Shown piece after piece: positions 23,779 through 34,218 of a stretch of DNA of 64,000 bases. Location of the stretch: the NCBI GenBank assembly GCA_026936335.1, contig JAPMXV010000076.1:62001-126000 (forward strand), read 5' to 3'. The stretch comes from Mantamonas sphyraenae STR306. Taxonomy: Eukaryota > Protista > CRuMs. The position numbers were made by a program, and so were the translations under genes. The notes beneath the pieces are model-generated. The model was not told where the DNA came from. It worked only from the letters and a program-made list of their open reading frames with translations, and ran no database searches. Every line of letters starts with the position of its first letter. Position 1 is the stretch's first letter.

Positions 23779-25500
23779 CGTATTGGAACGAAGAGTGTGA
23801 ATGGACGAAGTAAACGATGTTTTCATTAGAGTTCAACTTCAGCCAGAACAGGAGGTTCTGGAGGTTCACACTGACGCCGCTCTGCCCTTTGCTGGGCTTC
23901 TTTGGGGCAGCCAACACATCCAACTCCTCCGTCTGGGCGAAAAGCTCAAAGTCCAGCCGCCGCAGCCGCAATCCTCCACGCCTGCTCGACTCGTTGCTTC
24001 CCGTGCTCCCGTGAGGTTCTTCACCACTCTCCGGTGGCCCCTTGTGGCTCATGGTGTCGCCGTCTGGCGCTGTGCGTGCTTGCTTTGTTCCCGAGGGCGC
24101 GTCAGGAATCCGCCTTGGAAATCAAGCAAACCGCCTCCCCCTCGCCCTGCTGCGACGCACACGTCCCTGATCTCCATGGAACCAGCACACGTCACAGACC
24201 CGTCACAACATCTTTCTCTTTCCCATCCCCCACCCCATTCCACCATGCCTGGTCCCTGCCCTTGTGTGCTCCCACTCCATCCTCACTATCACGATGTTGC
24301 CCTCCAAATGCCCATGTCCCACCCTTGGATTCAACCACCTCCGTGTCTTCTCATCCACACATGTTCCCTTTGCCCATTTTGCCCATATGGAGCCTGTCTT
24401 ATACCCCCCCCCCCCCCCTGTGTTCAGAAAGTGTTTTGCCAGGCCTGCCCTTTGCCTTTGCCTTTCTCCTTTGGCATCCCCACAAGGCATTCCCATGCCT
24501 CCCGCGTCGGCGTGTCCATCCCCGCCCCATCAGCCAGCAACCCAAACTCAAAGCCACACTGGTTCCTGCGCCGGTGGCAAACCTGTCCCCTCTGCTCCGT
24601 GCTCTTGGGGCCTTTGTCTCCCTTGGGCTCTCTCTCTTTCCGTACATGGCTGCCATGCCGCCTGATGCTGCATGCAACCATGTCCACACATGCATTTCTA
24701 TGCTGCTGTCCCAGCCCACAATGTGTGTGTTGCACCAGCTGGCATCTGGGTCGGGTTGTGAGTATGCGTGGCTGCGTCGCCGCTTCTCCTCCTCCCTCGG
24801 CTGTGCATCCATTGTTCACCCGCTGGCGTGAGTTCGCTCGGTGGCATTGTCCTCCCATGCACCCCATCCATGACATGCCTGGGGGGAATCCATTCCCACT
24901 CGTGGCAGAGGCACCGCATGGAAGAACGGGCCCCCACCAATCGGAGCAAAAAGTCACTGAGCCTTCCAATCGCCCTCCAGCCACACACAGAGGCAGCAAC
25001 CAACCACACGCAAGTCCGATCGGGGGATTATGGCATGGAATGAACCCAACCGAGTCACCTTTCGATGCATGCATGAGCGATGCAGTGACGCCGAGAGAAG
25101 AATGACAACTCCGTTCTGAGTCGTGCTCACCCAATCCACCGCACATGCACTTCCATCCTAGTTCCACAACTCCATCTCTTCCACCGACCTCCTGCCCACT
25201 TGGATGACAGCTCTCTGCTTTGCGCTGGTGATTTTTTTCCTGCCTGGTTCCGGGATGACAATCACGCGCGCGATCCAAACCAATCCCTTCTCCAATGTCC
25301 GACATCAAGCCTGGATGGGAGCGAAAGCTCATGGTTTGCAACCCGCGTACGTCTCTGCTTCATATCCGCCTTCCTTCCTTCCCCCCCGTCCCACCTCGTC
25401 CCATCGAGTATTCGAACCTTACACCCAAACCGTGCCCCTCCCGTCTCACCAAACCCTCCATCGACTCCATTGTTGCCAACTCCCAACCCTTCTCCTCCAG

Positions 25501-26039
25501 TCGACCGGTGCTGCTGCTCTTCAGTCTACACGGCATCCATGGTGCTGCTTGTGCTCTTTTGCATTCTAAGCATCGTCGAGGCCGTCATCACGCTGCTTTC
25601 CTTCATCGCTGCTCTTATCTTTGCACCGGCGTACGCCGTCTTTCTGATCATTGCAACCATCCTTGCTGTCGTAGTCGCTGCGGTCAACGTTTACGGGTGT
25701 TGCGCGGTGCGTGACGTGCAGGAGGTGAAGATCATCAAGTTTCTTCGTTGGTCCGTGATCCTGTACTTCACTTCGCTCGGCATCAATATTATCCGCCTCA
25801 TTGTTGGTGCCGCCACAGACCCAGGCTACGCTAGTGGCACGCAGATCAGCAACGACATCGTCAGCCTGATTATTTCGCTCATCATCTGGGCTCTGGTCTA
25901 CTGGACAATGTGCTCTTTCGCTGTGGGTGTGGAAGAGGGCAAGTTTACCGCTGCCGACCCGCATGGCACCGCTGCTGCCATGAACAAAGGCCCCAGTGGT
26001 CCTCTCGGCTCCTCTGACGAGGAAGAAGCCAGCGTGTGA
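25501..26039 (+). CDS. Four-transmembrane protein with N-terminal CCC motif (LAPTM/tetraspanin-like topology); 5' end uncertain
   Basis: Four hydrophobic segments in the 3' part of ORF 25200-26039; RCCC precedes TM1; possible acceptor ctccag at 25500, or Met at ~25539. Confidence 0.65.
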
Positions 26040-26151
26040 GGCGCGGAGCTGCAAAAGGAAGAAAGAAAACGAAGGTGGCGCGCATTTTTCGCTGCTTCGA
26101 GAGCCTTCCAAGGTACCGACAAATACAAGCCGCTTCAGCGCAACCAAGACG

Positions 26152-27369
26152 ATGAAAGCATCTGTGACACTTCCGTGCCTGCTCATTCTTGTTGTCGTCT
26201 GCTTCACGCAGGCCAAGGTGGTTCTGGAAGGTCAGGAGTGGGTGGTGCGGCGTGGCGAGTTTTTGCTGGAGTCCGACGTCTCCAAAAACTCGGATGTGGA
26301 CATTGCCCCCTGCCGCTTGATCGGCTGCAACACCAACTTCACCAAGCCTGCGAATCTGTACCTGACCAACCCTGCCGTGGGAAAATCGTCCTTGGCCGTC
26401 GCATGGCTGTGGAACTCGACGGCTAGCCGCTTCGATGTATTCCGCAGGGAAGTGTTGCAGAATCCTCAACCGTTGACCAACCTGGCGATGCCATCGTGGC
26501 TACCGTCGTTCCTCAATTCTTCCGTGGCTGAAAGCACGGGAACACTGATTGGAAGCGTCACGGCGGCAGACACAAGCTGCGATCAATGCAAGAAGCATCC
26601 AGTGGGCTTCTTTGCGGACACGAGCCTTCGCGCCAACACGATGTACGCGTACAACGTTGTCGCTCGTCCGAGCAACCTGACGTATGGCGGAGTGGTGGCA
26701 ATCACCCTTTCCGACACGGAGTTTGAGTACCCGTACGCTCTGTACGGTGTGCTTCCTCTGTTCTTGGGGGTTGGCTTTGGCACCGTGTTGGCGATGCTCT
26801 CCACACTGTGTCACGTCAGGTGCGACGACAACAATGGCAAGAATGACAACTATGTGCGAAGGACTGTCACCAAGCGGGTGGCCGCATTCTTTGTGGTGGG
26901 CTTCATCGCCTTTTTCGTGGGCGGCTTTGTCTTTATCGACGCACGCTCCAGCAGCTACAACAGCGCGGTGCCGACGATTGCGCTGATCCAGAGCCTGGAC
27001 GAGGGCCAAAGTGCAGGAGGAGGCAACCCACGCGGGCGACAGGCGGCAGACAACCAGGACGAGCAAGGACGCCAGTCGTCTGTGGTGTCGGTGGTGCAGG
27101 GCGGTTGGGAGGCGTTTGCAAAGACGGACAACAGCACGTCGCAGGTGCGAGACATCGAAGCATTGGTCAAGCTCACCTTCCCTGCGCAGCTCATCATGTA
27201 CGATCAGGTGGAGGACAACCTATACACCGCCACGCCGCAAATCCAAGAGGCATCCACGGCGACCTTGTTCTCGTTCGCAGGCACGTTTCTGGGCGTTGCG
27301 GCGGGCCTGGGCCTCTCCATGTTCTGGGCACGACAACGCAAGTATGGGCTGCGGGACTCCTTTCCGTAA
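26152..27369 (+). CDS. Signal-peptide membrane protein with FN3-like ectodomain segment and ~3 TM helices
   Basis: MKASVTLPCLLILVVVCFTQA signal; FADTSLRANTMYAYNVVAR resembles FN3 C-terminal strands; three hydrophobic segments follow. Confidence 0.7.
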   Translation: MKASVTLPCLLILVVVCFTQAKVVLEGQEWVVRRGEFLLESDVSKNSDVDIAPCRLIGCNTNFTKPANLYLTNPAVGKSSLAVAWLWNSTASRFDVFRREVLQNPQPLTNLAMPSWLPSFLNSSVAESTGTLIGSVTAADTSCDQCKKHPVGFFADTSLRANTMYAYNVVARPSNLTYGGVVAITLSDTEFEYPYALYGVLPLFLGVGFGTVLAMLSTLCHVRCDDNNGKNDNYVRRTVTKRVAAFFVVGFIAFFVGGFVFIDARSSSYNSAVPTIALIQSLDEGQSAGGGNPRGRQAADNQDEQGRQSSVVSVVQGGWEAFAKTDNSTSQVRDIEALVKLTFPAQLIMYDQVEDNLYTATPQIQEASTATLFSFAGTFLGVAAGLGLSMFWARQRKYGLRDSFP

Positions 27370-27467
27370 AAACCACCTCGGACCCGAATACACACTGCGC
27401 GCGCGCGGCCTCCTCCTGTCCCTACTGTCCCTACTCGTTGGGTTGTTGCTCCATGGCGCAACCTCCC

Positions 27468-27506
<39 letters not shown>

Positions 27507-27598
27507 CCGTCTTTTGCTGGTCTGGACTCGGGACAGCAGTAGTCAGTCACATGGGGTTGTGGACACAGTGCCACTTTTGTATTGTTGGTGAACTCGTT

Positions 27599-28547
27599 TT
27601 ACAGCAGGCTGGCAGGGATCTTGAGTTCTTGAACCTTCTTGGACCACTTTTGCATCTCCACAAACCGCTTCGCGTACTCGGAGTCTGAGGCATTCGGTCC
27701 CAGAGTGCGCAGTGCATGTGCTGCAGCGACAATCTGGCGGCGTGCCTCCACACGGTTTCGGGCGCCGTCGTAGAAGTTACACCATTGAACGGAACTGCGA
27801 CAATGAGGCAGAGCCGCAGCGTTGAGTTGCAGCAGGACCGTGGCAGCATGTAGAAAAGCCTGCGTTTCCGCATTTTTCTTTTGGTAATGCCAGTGTTGGT
27901 TCCGGTGTCCGCACGTGTAATGGTAGTAGTTCAGCATCGCCGTGGCAAACGATTCGTAGCCGGACCAGCGAAGCCTCGCTGCCTCGCTGGCCACCTTGTT
28001 CTTGGTGGTCATGTACAGATGCTTTTGTTGAGCAGCTGCGTGCAAGTAGTGGTTGCGTTGGTGCAAGTAGTACGCGTTGCAGCCCGTGTCGTGGTCCTTC
28101 ACCTCCGGAGCACCCACTTTGGGTGAAAACGACGCCAGGCGCCCGTTTCTTTCTGGGACGTCGCAAGGTCTCACGCCGCCGGGTCGTCAAGCTCCTCGTC
28201 CATCCCGAGCGCATCAGCGTCCAAGGACTCGTCGTCGTCCAGGTCCGAATCTGGGGGAAAAGCGGGGAGAGATCGAGCGTGAATACCAAGTCAAATGGGA
28301 TGGGAGTGCCCGTTGTAGGGGTACTCCCATCATAGCACGTATTCCCTGGACCATCCTTTTCCCCTGTTGCGCACGCAGTGCAACGCCCAAACTCACTCTC
28401 GTCGCCCTCCACGGTCTCACCATCGGTCAAAGCTTCAGCAGGATGCTGGACCTCGACGTACTCAACGCTGCTGGCCCGCGCGGTCACGCACGCTACCATC
28501 AGCAGCACAAGCAATGCAAACAGAGATTTCGTCATCGTCATCGTCAT
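27599..28547 (-). CDS. Secreted hypothetical protein, probably multi-exon (signal peptide, acidic region, helical C-terminal domain)
   Basis: MTKSLFALLVLLMVACVTARA signal. A GTGAGT donor and a ttttcccccag acceptor flank an acidic exon (SDLDDDESLDADALG). ORF 27599-28174 looks coding. The last splice junction was not resolved. Confidence 0.5.
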
Positions 28548-29656
28548 CGTCAGTGTTGTGTTTCAATGCCCAGCTCAGCGCGTCAGCACACTCCTCTGTA
28601 CGTGTCAGCACCTTGGATATGGCAGCACTGTCGTTCGTCCTCTGTTCCATGTCGGTGTGCATGGCAAATTGGATGCCCTACCCAAACAGTGACCTGAGCG
28701 CAGAAAAGCGGATGCAGGTGGTCCCGGAAGGAACACGCCCGAGGATGGGTCGCTGGGACGCAGTGTATAGCACGAGAGGTATATATCCCACACATCGGTC
28801 GTAAAAAACAGGAGAGGCGCACACACCAGCACTGTGTAAAACGACTTTTGTGTGCGATGATGGCGGTGTGACCCCTTTGCTGGCAATTCCACTCCACCTT
28901 CCCACCTCATCTAGGCTTTTGACATTGGCCCCGTTCTGTCCGTCGGACTTGCCATGACTGGTACGTGCACAGACACCTCCTTCACGTGTCTGGGATTGCC
29001 TCCTCCAAGCTCCACACCCTGCATCGGGGAGTCCCATGAAGATTGGCGAGCGCACGACCCAAAAGACAAGCGAAACAAACGTGAAAAACTCCTGCAGATG
29101 CCCACTATGATGGGAAGCTGTTGCGCGCTGCCCACCTGTGTAGGCTGGCCTGACACCCGTGCCAGCAGTGATGACATAGAGGGCAACACATGGATCCATG
29201 TCTGCCCGCATGGTGACTGCCAATTGTTTGGCGCGTGTGGGCTTGTAGGCGGTAGCGACAGCAAAAGGAAATTGCCCAAAGAGACCTTGACCCTGGCAGG
29301 GCAATGCCAGGGACGATTGAGAGAGTGTGTGGGGTACCGCACCCCCCTTCCCCCGAGGGGCTGGCCACCTTGCAGAGGGGGTGAGGATAGAGCGCAGCAA
29401 TGGGACATACCATATCATCACTGCGCTGTGGTCCCATGTCACCCAAGTGCACTGTGTGGGTTGACTGGGATGCTTCGTGTCTCCCTCCACCGGCTCCGCG
29501 TGTCCCACAAAACGGATTTCATTGCGTGCCATAAATACCCCGTGCTTCCTGTGTGCCATATCCATGCCCATGGTTCCATCCCAGGTGTATGATGATGGTG
29601 GTGACACGAGCAGGGGCAGCCAAGACAAAACCAAAACGAGAAGCACCCACCTGCAA

Positions 29657-30958
29657 ATGCACAGGATGGCACACACACACCCACTTGCCCTGTTGTCGCT
29701 GGTGGCAATCATCATCCTTTTGCCCATGGCCAGCGGGTATGGCACAGTGTCAACCATCAGCATGGTGGCCTCTGCCAACCATGCGGCAGGAGCTCCCGAC
29801 GGGCCCAGCAACGGCGAGGCTGTGGTGGACCTCACCCAGCACAAGGACACGTTCCCGGAAATGTTTTCGCATGATTCGTTGCTGCGCACGGCAATCCTTG
29901 TCGACGTACGTCCCGTGCCGTTCAACGCAAGCATTGGGCAGTACGACGCCTTGCTGAGGCTGGGCGTTCCGTTTTGGCGAGAAAAAGCTGCAGGAGGAGG
30001 GAGCACGGCACTGTGCAATGCCGCCACCACCTCTGAATACGGCACTCTCACACACGTGGGCAACATCCAATACGCAAACGGGGAGAGTGGAGCGGTGTCG
30101 CCGTGTGTGGGCAACAACAGCGTGCTGCCCACGGAACTGGTGGTGCCCATTTGGTTCAAGTTGAAGGACACCCCTGCGGGCACGGTGGTGCATGGGTTCC
30201 AGCTGAACATGACCACCATGCCCACACAGCAAGTGACCGTCGATGGGCCCCCACTCATCACCGACCTGCCCTGGAACGACAACGACAACGACAACGATGA
30301 CGATGACGAGGGTGGTGGCCCCACCACCACCATCTCCCCCCGGGTGCTGCTTGCTCCACGCGTGCTCTTTGCACAGCTTCACACACCCAAAGTGCCCACT
30401 GCATTTGACATTGCCATTGCCGGCCAAGACGGTGCCAAACACTTTGTGAAACAGGTCACGGCAGCCGTGTTTGCCGACGTGTCGAACACAGGCACCACGT
30501 ACGGGGTGTCCACGGGAAAGGTGCTGGCCATCACGGCTCCATTTGGACCCGTGGTATCCAGCAACGACACCCTGGGTCCCTTTTTGTCTCATGTGGCCGC
30601 GGAGGTTGGACAGCCTGCGTATGTGCAGCTGATGTTGGAGTCGGGCACACCGTGGTCTGTGGACGGGTACAGCAGGGCGATTGCCGTGACGCTGGTGTCC
30701 AGGCAGGTGGGACGGTGTTTCAAGGGATGCAACGACATCGCTGGGGCTCGGTGTGACATGTACGCAGGTGGTGTGTGCAACTGTGGTCCCACAATGCAGT
30801 GGGATGTGGCAGAGAACGGCGACCGTGTGTGTGTGAAGCTGCCGAAGCTGGCTTTCAATGTGGCTGTACGCCCGTGTATCACCAAGCTGTGCAGATGTTG
30901 GCTGACCGATGGGAGCAGCTGGTGGCTGCAGGCGACGCCATTGATCTCGGGTACATGA
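29657..30958 (+). CDS. Secreted protein with Cys-rich EGF-like C-terminal motif; last ~35 codons come from an out-of-frame BTB-gene fragment
   Basis: Signal PLALLSLVAIIILLPMASG; CFKGCNDIAGARCDMYAGGVCNCGPTMQW...VCV. Confidence 0.65.
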   Translation: MHRMAHTHPLALLSLVAIIILLPMASGYGTVSTISMVASANHAAGAPDGPSNGEAVVDLTQHKDTFPEMFSHDSLLRTAILVDVRPVPFNASIGQYDALLRLGVPFWREKAAGGGSTALCNAATTSEYGTLTHVGNIQYANGESGAVSPCVGNNSVLPTELVVPIWFKLKDTPAGTVVHGFQLNMTTMPTQQVTVDGPPLITDLPWNDNDNDNDDDDEGGGPTTTISPRVLLAPRVLFAQLHTPKVPTAFDIAIAGQDGAKHFVKQVTAAVFADVSNTGTTYGVSTGKVLAITAPFGPVVSSNDTLGPFLSHVAAEVGQPAYVQLMLESGTPWSVDGYSRAIAVTLVSRQVGRCFKGCNDIAGARCDMYAGGVCNCGPTMQWDVAENGDRVCVKLPKLAFNVAVRPCITKLCRCWLTDGSSWWLQATPLISGT

Positions 30959-31106
30959 ACGCCGGTGTGTTTTGTACCTTGGTCAGCCAAGCAGTCGCAC
31001 AGAACGACCAACGCCTGGACGAGGGTCTGAGTGAGGTGGTGGGACGCTACCTGCGCACAGACAACATCATTGAACTCTGCGACGACGACGACGTCGGCGA
31101 GTACCT
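30852..31106 (+). pseudogene. ~255-bp duplicated internal fragment of the BTB gene (40960-41211)
   Basis: ctttcaatgtggctgtacgcccgtgtatcacca...gacgtc(ggc)gagtacct is nearly identical to 40960-41211; encodes FQCGCTPVYHQAVQMLADRWEQ... Confidence 0.9.
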
Positions 31107-31394
31107 CTGCAGGATTTGAATGACCGTCGTGCCACACCTGATGCCTTTCACGTGGACCTGTGTTGTGAAGACGGATAGTACTCGAGACTCGTGAACAAAA
31201 GGCGCAATGGCCATCCCGACGTGATGTCAACAGGGACAGAAAAAAAAAACGCTCCTACCACAAGGTATGTGATGTCAACCGCGCTCTAAGGCACCCAATA
31301 CAAAAGGAAAGAATGAACAAGTTTGACCAAGTCCTTGACTTAGTGAAGAGCAGTACGTGAATGTTAATTGATTTTTCAGCAATGGCACTAACCC

Positions 31395-31619
31395 GTGAGA
31401 ACTGTAGATCCATCATTGGGATACATCGCCCTTGTCTTGGTGGTGCTGGTGGTGTTGCTTTATTTTAACGGGAGTGGTGGAAGCAGGGTCGCTGTTGGCG
31501 GAAACGTAGGAGGTAACATCGACAACCGCACCGTGAACGGAAACAACAACAACATGGGTAGTGTCAGACAACGAAACAACCACCACGGAAAGCGAAAGAA
31601 TGTCAGAATAAACTTCTGA
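31395..31619 (+). CDS. Small single-TM, Gly/Asn-rich hypothetical protein (true start uncertain)
   Basis: YIALVLVVLVVLLYF hydrophobic segment followed by a G/N-rich tail; lower-GC patch. Confidence 0.35.
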   Translation: MRTVDPSLGYIALVLVVLVVLLYFNGSGGSRVAVGGNVGGNIDNRTVNGNNNNMGSVRQRNNHHGKRKNVRINF

Positions 31620-31857
31620 GCACGCGAGGGCGAGTAGGAGGCAGGAATGATAGACAACCCCTTTGCTACCTTAAGCACAAACATGTCCAAGTCGTCCTGT
31701 GGAAAGCCTCGAGCGAGTGAAGGTGGCCTTGGCCAGCTGGACCGCCGTGAAGAAGTCGGGGCCACACCTCCGTGCAACGTACGGGCCCAAAGCTCGTACC
31801 CGGCGTCTATGGTGGACGTTCCCGTAGAGGCAGATTTGATTGACGTGTCCCGTAACG

Positions 31858-32654
31858 AGTCCACCCTGGGAACACGTTGACCACACCCGCGTGTGCAGGG
31901 AGGCAGAGACGCCCCACAACCCGATTTTCCACGGTGGCGCCAATCCCCCTGGTCTGCGTTCTCAGCCCTGCTGAGGATCACACAGACACGCGTCGAGCAC
32001 ATACACCCCACCCAACCGTGCATACAACCTATGGGATGTGCCACATCACCCTCTACATGTCAATAGAGGTCCACCGCGAATACACGGGCCGCAGGAAACC
32101 CCACGCTCGCGCTAGAGGCGGGGAATCCGCCACCCGTTCCCTGCCGCTGCACCCCGCCACAGACCTCACCACGCCCCCACACTCTGCGTCCGGCCCCGTG
32201 TCACAGAGTGCCACCCGTTGCCTGATTCCCGATTTTGGGTGAAATTTTGGCCGATCCTTTTTTGCAATGGGTGATGTCAGCACTTTTTCCACCTCAAAAT
32301 GCAACCCCTGCTGAAACTGGGTCTATGCATAGATTCGCCATGGAAACCTCGACTTGTTCCTCGGCAGGATCACATGCGCTGTGTGTGCCGAGAACGGGGA
32401 GGTTGTTTGCGCCTTGTGTTTTTTCCGGTGGCGCATGTGCCCCAAACGAACAACATGAACGAGAGGGCGATGCATCCCTTCCAATGGTGACAGAATCGTC
32501 CCTGCCTGTTCTGCCCGAGTCTGGATTGCGTGTGTCACCAGCGCTACTGCTCTCTTCTGCCCCTTTCACTCAGCTGAATCTGTCGGACCCAGCGCGTTCA
32601 GGGTAGCATGGCAGACGACCACAACACGCGCCTGCAGGTTCATGAGGTCTGATG
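31858..32654 (+). repeat. Dispersed repeat family C, copy 1
   Basis: gagtccaccctgggaacacgttgaccacaccc...ttccaatggtgacagaatc...ctggattgcgtgtg is shared with 46473-47160, 49553-50194 and partly 37830-38055. Confidence 0.9.
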
Positions 32655-33159
32655 CCAGCAAAAACCAAACCCACCTCACCTTCGTCCGCACCTCCGCTGC
32701 ATGTGTGGCAGACGGTACCCGCGCAAGGGCAGGGTGACGGACCACAAGAAGCAGGCAGTGGGGTTCGCCTGCGACGAGTGCGGTCATCGGCTGGCACGCA
32801 AGGACCGCCTGGCAGAGCACAAGTGCATCTACCACTGCTGCTGAGCAGAGGGCAGGAGCGCGGGGGAAGGGAGGGGGAAGGGACGACGGCAATGCAGCAC
32901 ACACACACACACACCAACTGTCTTTCAATTCCACCATCGCCAACTGACAACTGATAGCCTGCTTCACAGTCTTGTGCAGTCGTTGTTTTTTCGTGCGTGC
33001 ATGGATGTACGCATGGTGAGATGGTTCGTGTGGGACTGAGCAGATGCAAGAAGAGAGCAAACGAATGCAGTGCCATGCTGTGTTCCCTTGCTTCATTGTG
33101 CCGCCCATTGGGGGGTGCCCGAGTCCTTGGGCATGCGGCTGCTCGCACTCACTCTCCCA

Positions 33160-33480
33160 TCACCGGTTCAGCCTGGCCAGATTCACACGAGAATCCAGGA
33201 ACATGTCACTCCTGTTGCTGCTGGCATTGTGGCCATGGCACATCGGGGCAATGTACCACGCGTTGCTGCTCCGACCGTCCGACACCCGAACATGCGCCCC
33301 AACCCGCGCATCATTGCTGCATCCCATCACGGAGCAGGAGCTTCGACGTGTCCCCGTGACCCCACGATACATCCCGAGCCACGAGCCGTACCCGTCGCGA
33401 GAGCTGGACCGAGCGTACCGGGGATTGCTGGTGCCGTTCACATTGCGCACGCGGAGGTTTGTGTTGCAGTTGAAGGACAT
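33160..33480 (-). CDS. Small Cys/His protein resembling His-Me finger (HNH-like) zinc-binding proteins
   Basis: VRNVNGTS...SWLGMY...CSVMGCSNDARVGAHVR...WYIAPMCHGHN: C-x4-C, GAHV and WYI.P.C..HN pattern. Confidence 0.65.
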   Translation of the reverse strand: MSFNCNTNLRVRNVNGTSNPRYARSSSRDGYGSWLGMYRGVTGTRRSSCSVMGCSNDARVGAHVRVSDGRSSNAWYIAPMCHGHNASSNRSDMFLDSRVNLARLNR

Positions 33481-33547
33481 GTTTTGTTGGGTTGTGGTGA
33501 TGGAGGGTGCGCAAGGAGCTCGGGTGTATTTTGAGCAAGACAGCGAC

Positions 33548-33592
33548 TGCACGCCACTGCACGCCACTGCACGCCACTGCACGCCACTGCAC
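33548..33592 (+). repeat. 10-nt tandem repeat (ctgcacgcca) x ~4
   Basis: actgcacgccactgcacgccactgcacgccactgcac, just upstream of the minus-strand small gene. Confidence 0.85.
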
Positions 33593-34218
33593 ACCCCTGA
33601 ACAGCAGGCCATGCAATTCTGACACCCATCAATTCTCTTCTGGCACCTCCACACGCCAGCGTCTCGGACAATCTACCCTTCGCTGCGGGTTTGTTTTGAA
33701 ACTTGCTGTGTGCAGGAGGATGAAGTTGTTAATTCCCCCCCCTGCTGGCTCGATCTTTGTCTCAGGGACTGTGCGACCCATAGACCTCTCCTGGAATCCT
33801 CCCGTGGATTATTACCAGCGAAGCCCCGTACATGGACCTAGCTGTTGTACAGACATTGAAAATCACAATGCGGATTGCCAAGGGTGTATCAAGGATGGGA
33901 AATGGGTTTGTTCGTCGGTGCATCCTCCATCTGGTGGAATCGCTGTTGCTGCTGGTGGCCGGGATTCTTGTTTGTGACTGGCAGTGATGTGTGACTGGAG
34001 CGGAGGAATGGGGGCACACTGATGACGACCATCGTGGCAGCGAGTGTGCTGGTGGTGTGTCTGTGGTATGCGCTGCGAGATGTGTGGGCTGGTGTGCAGG
34101 AGAGACAGCGGGAGAAGCAAGTGGATGAGGACAAGGCGAGTGCAGCAGAGAAAGTTTTATGGCAGCGGTGACGTCCCCTGTTCCATGCGGATACCACACA
34201 TGGGTCGCCCCGCCCGCC

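Noticed and set aside
28954-29592. 212-aa Cys-rich ORF
   Set aside because: No consistent motif. TG/CA-rich non-coding DNA in this genome often gives Cys/His-rich ORFs, so it cannot be supported.
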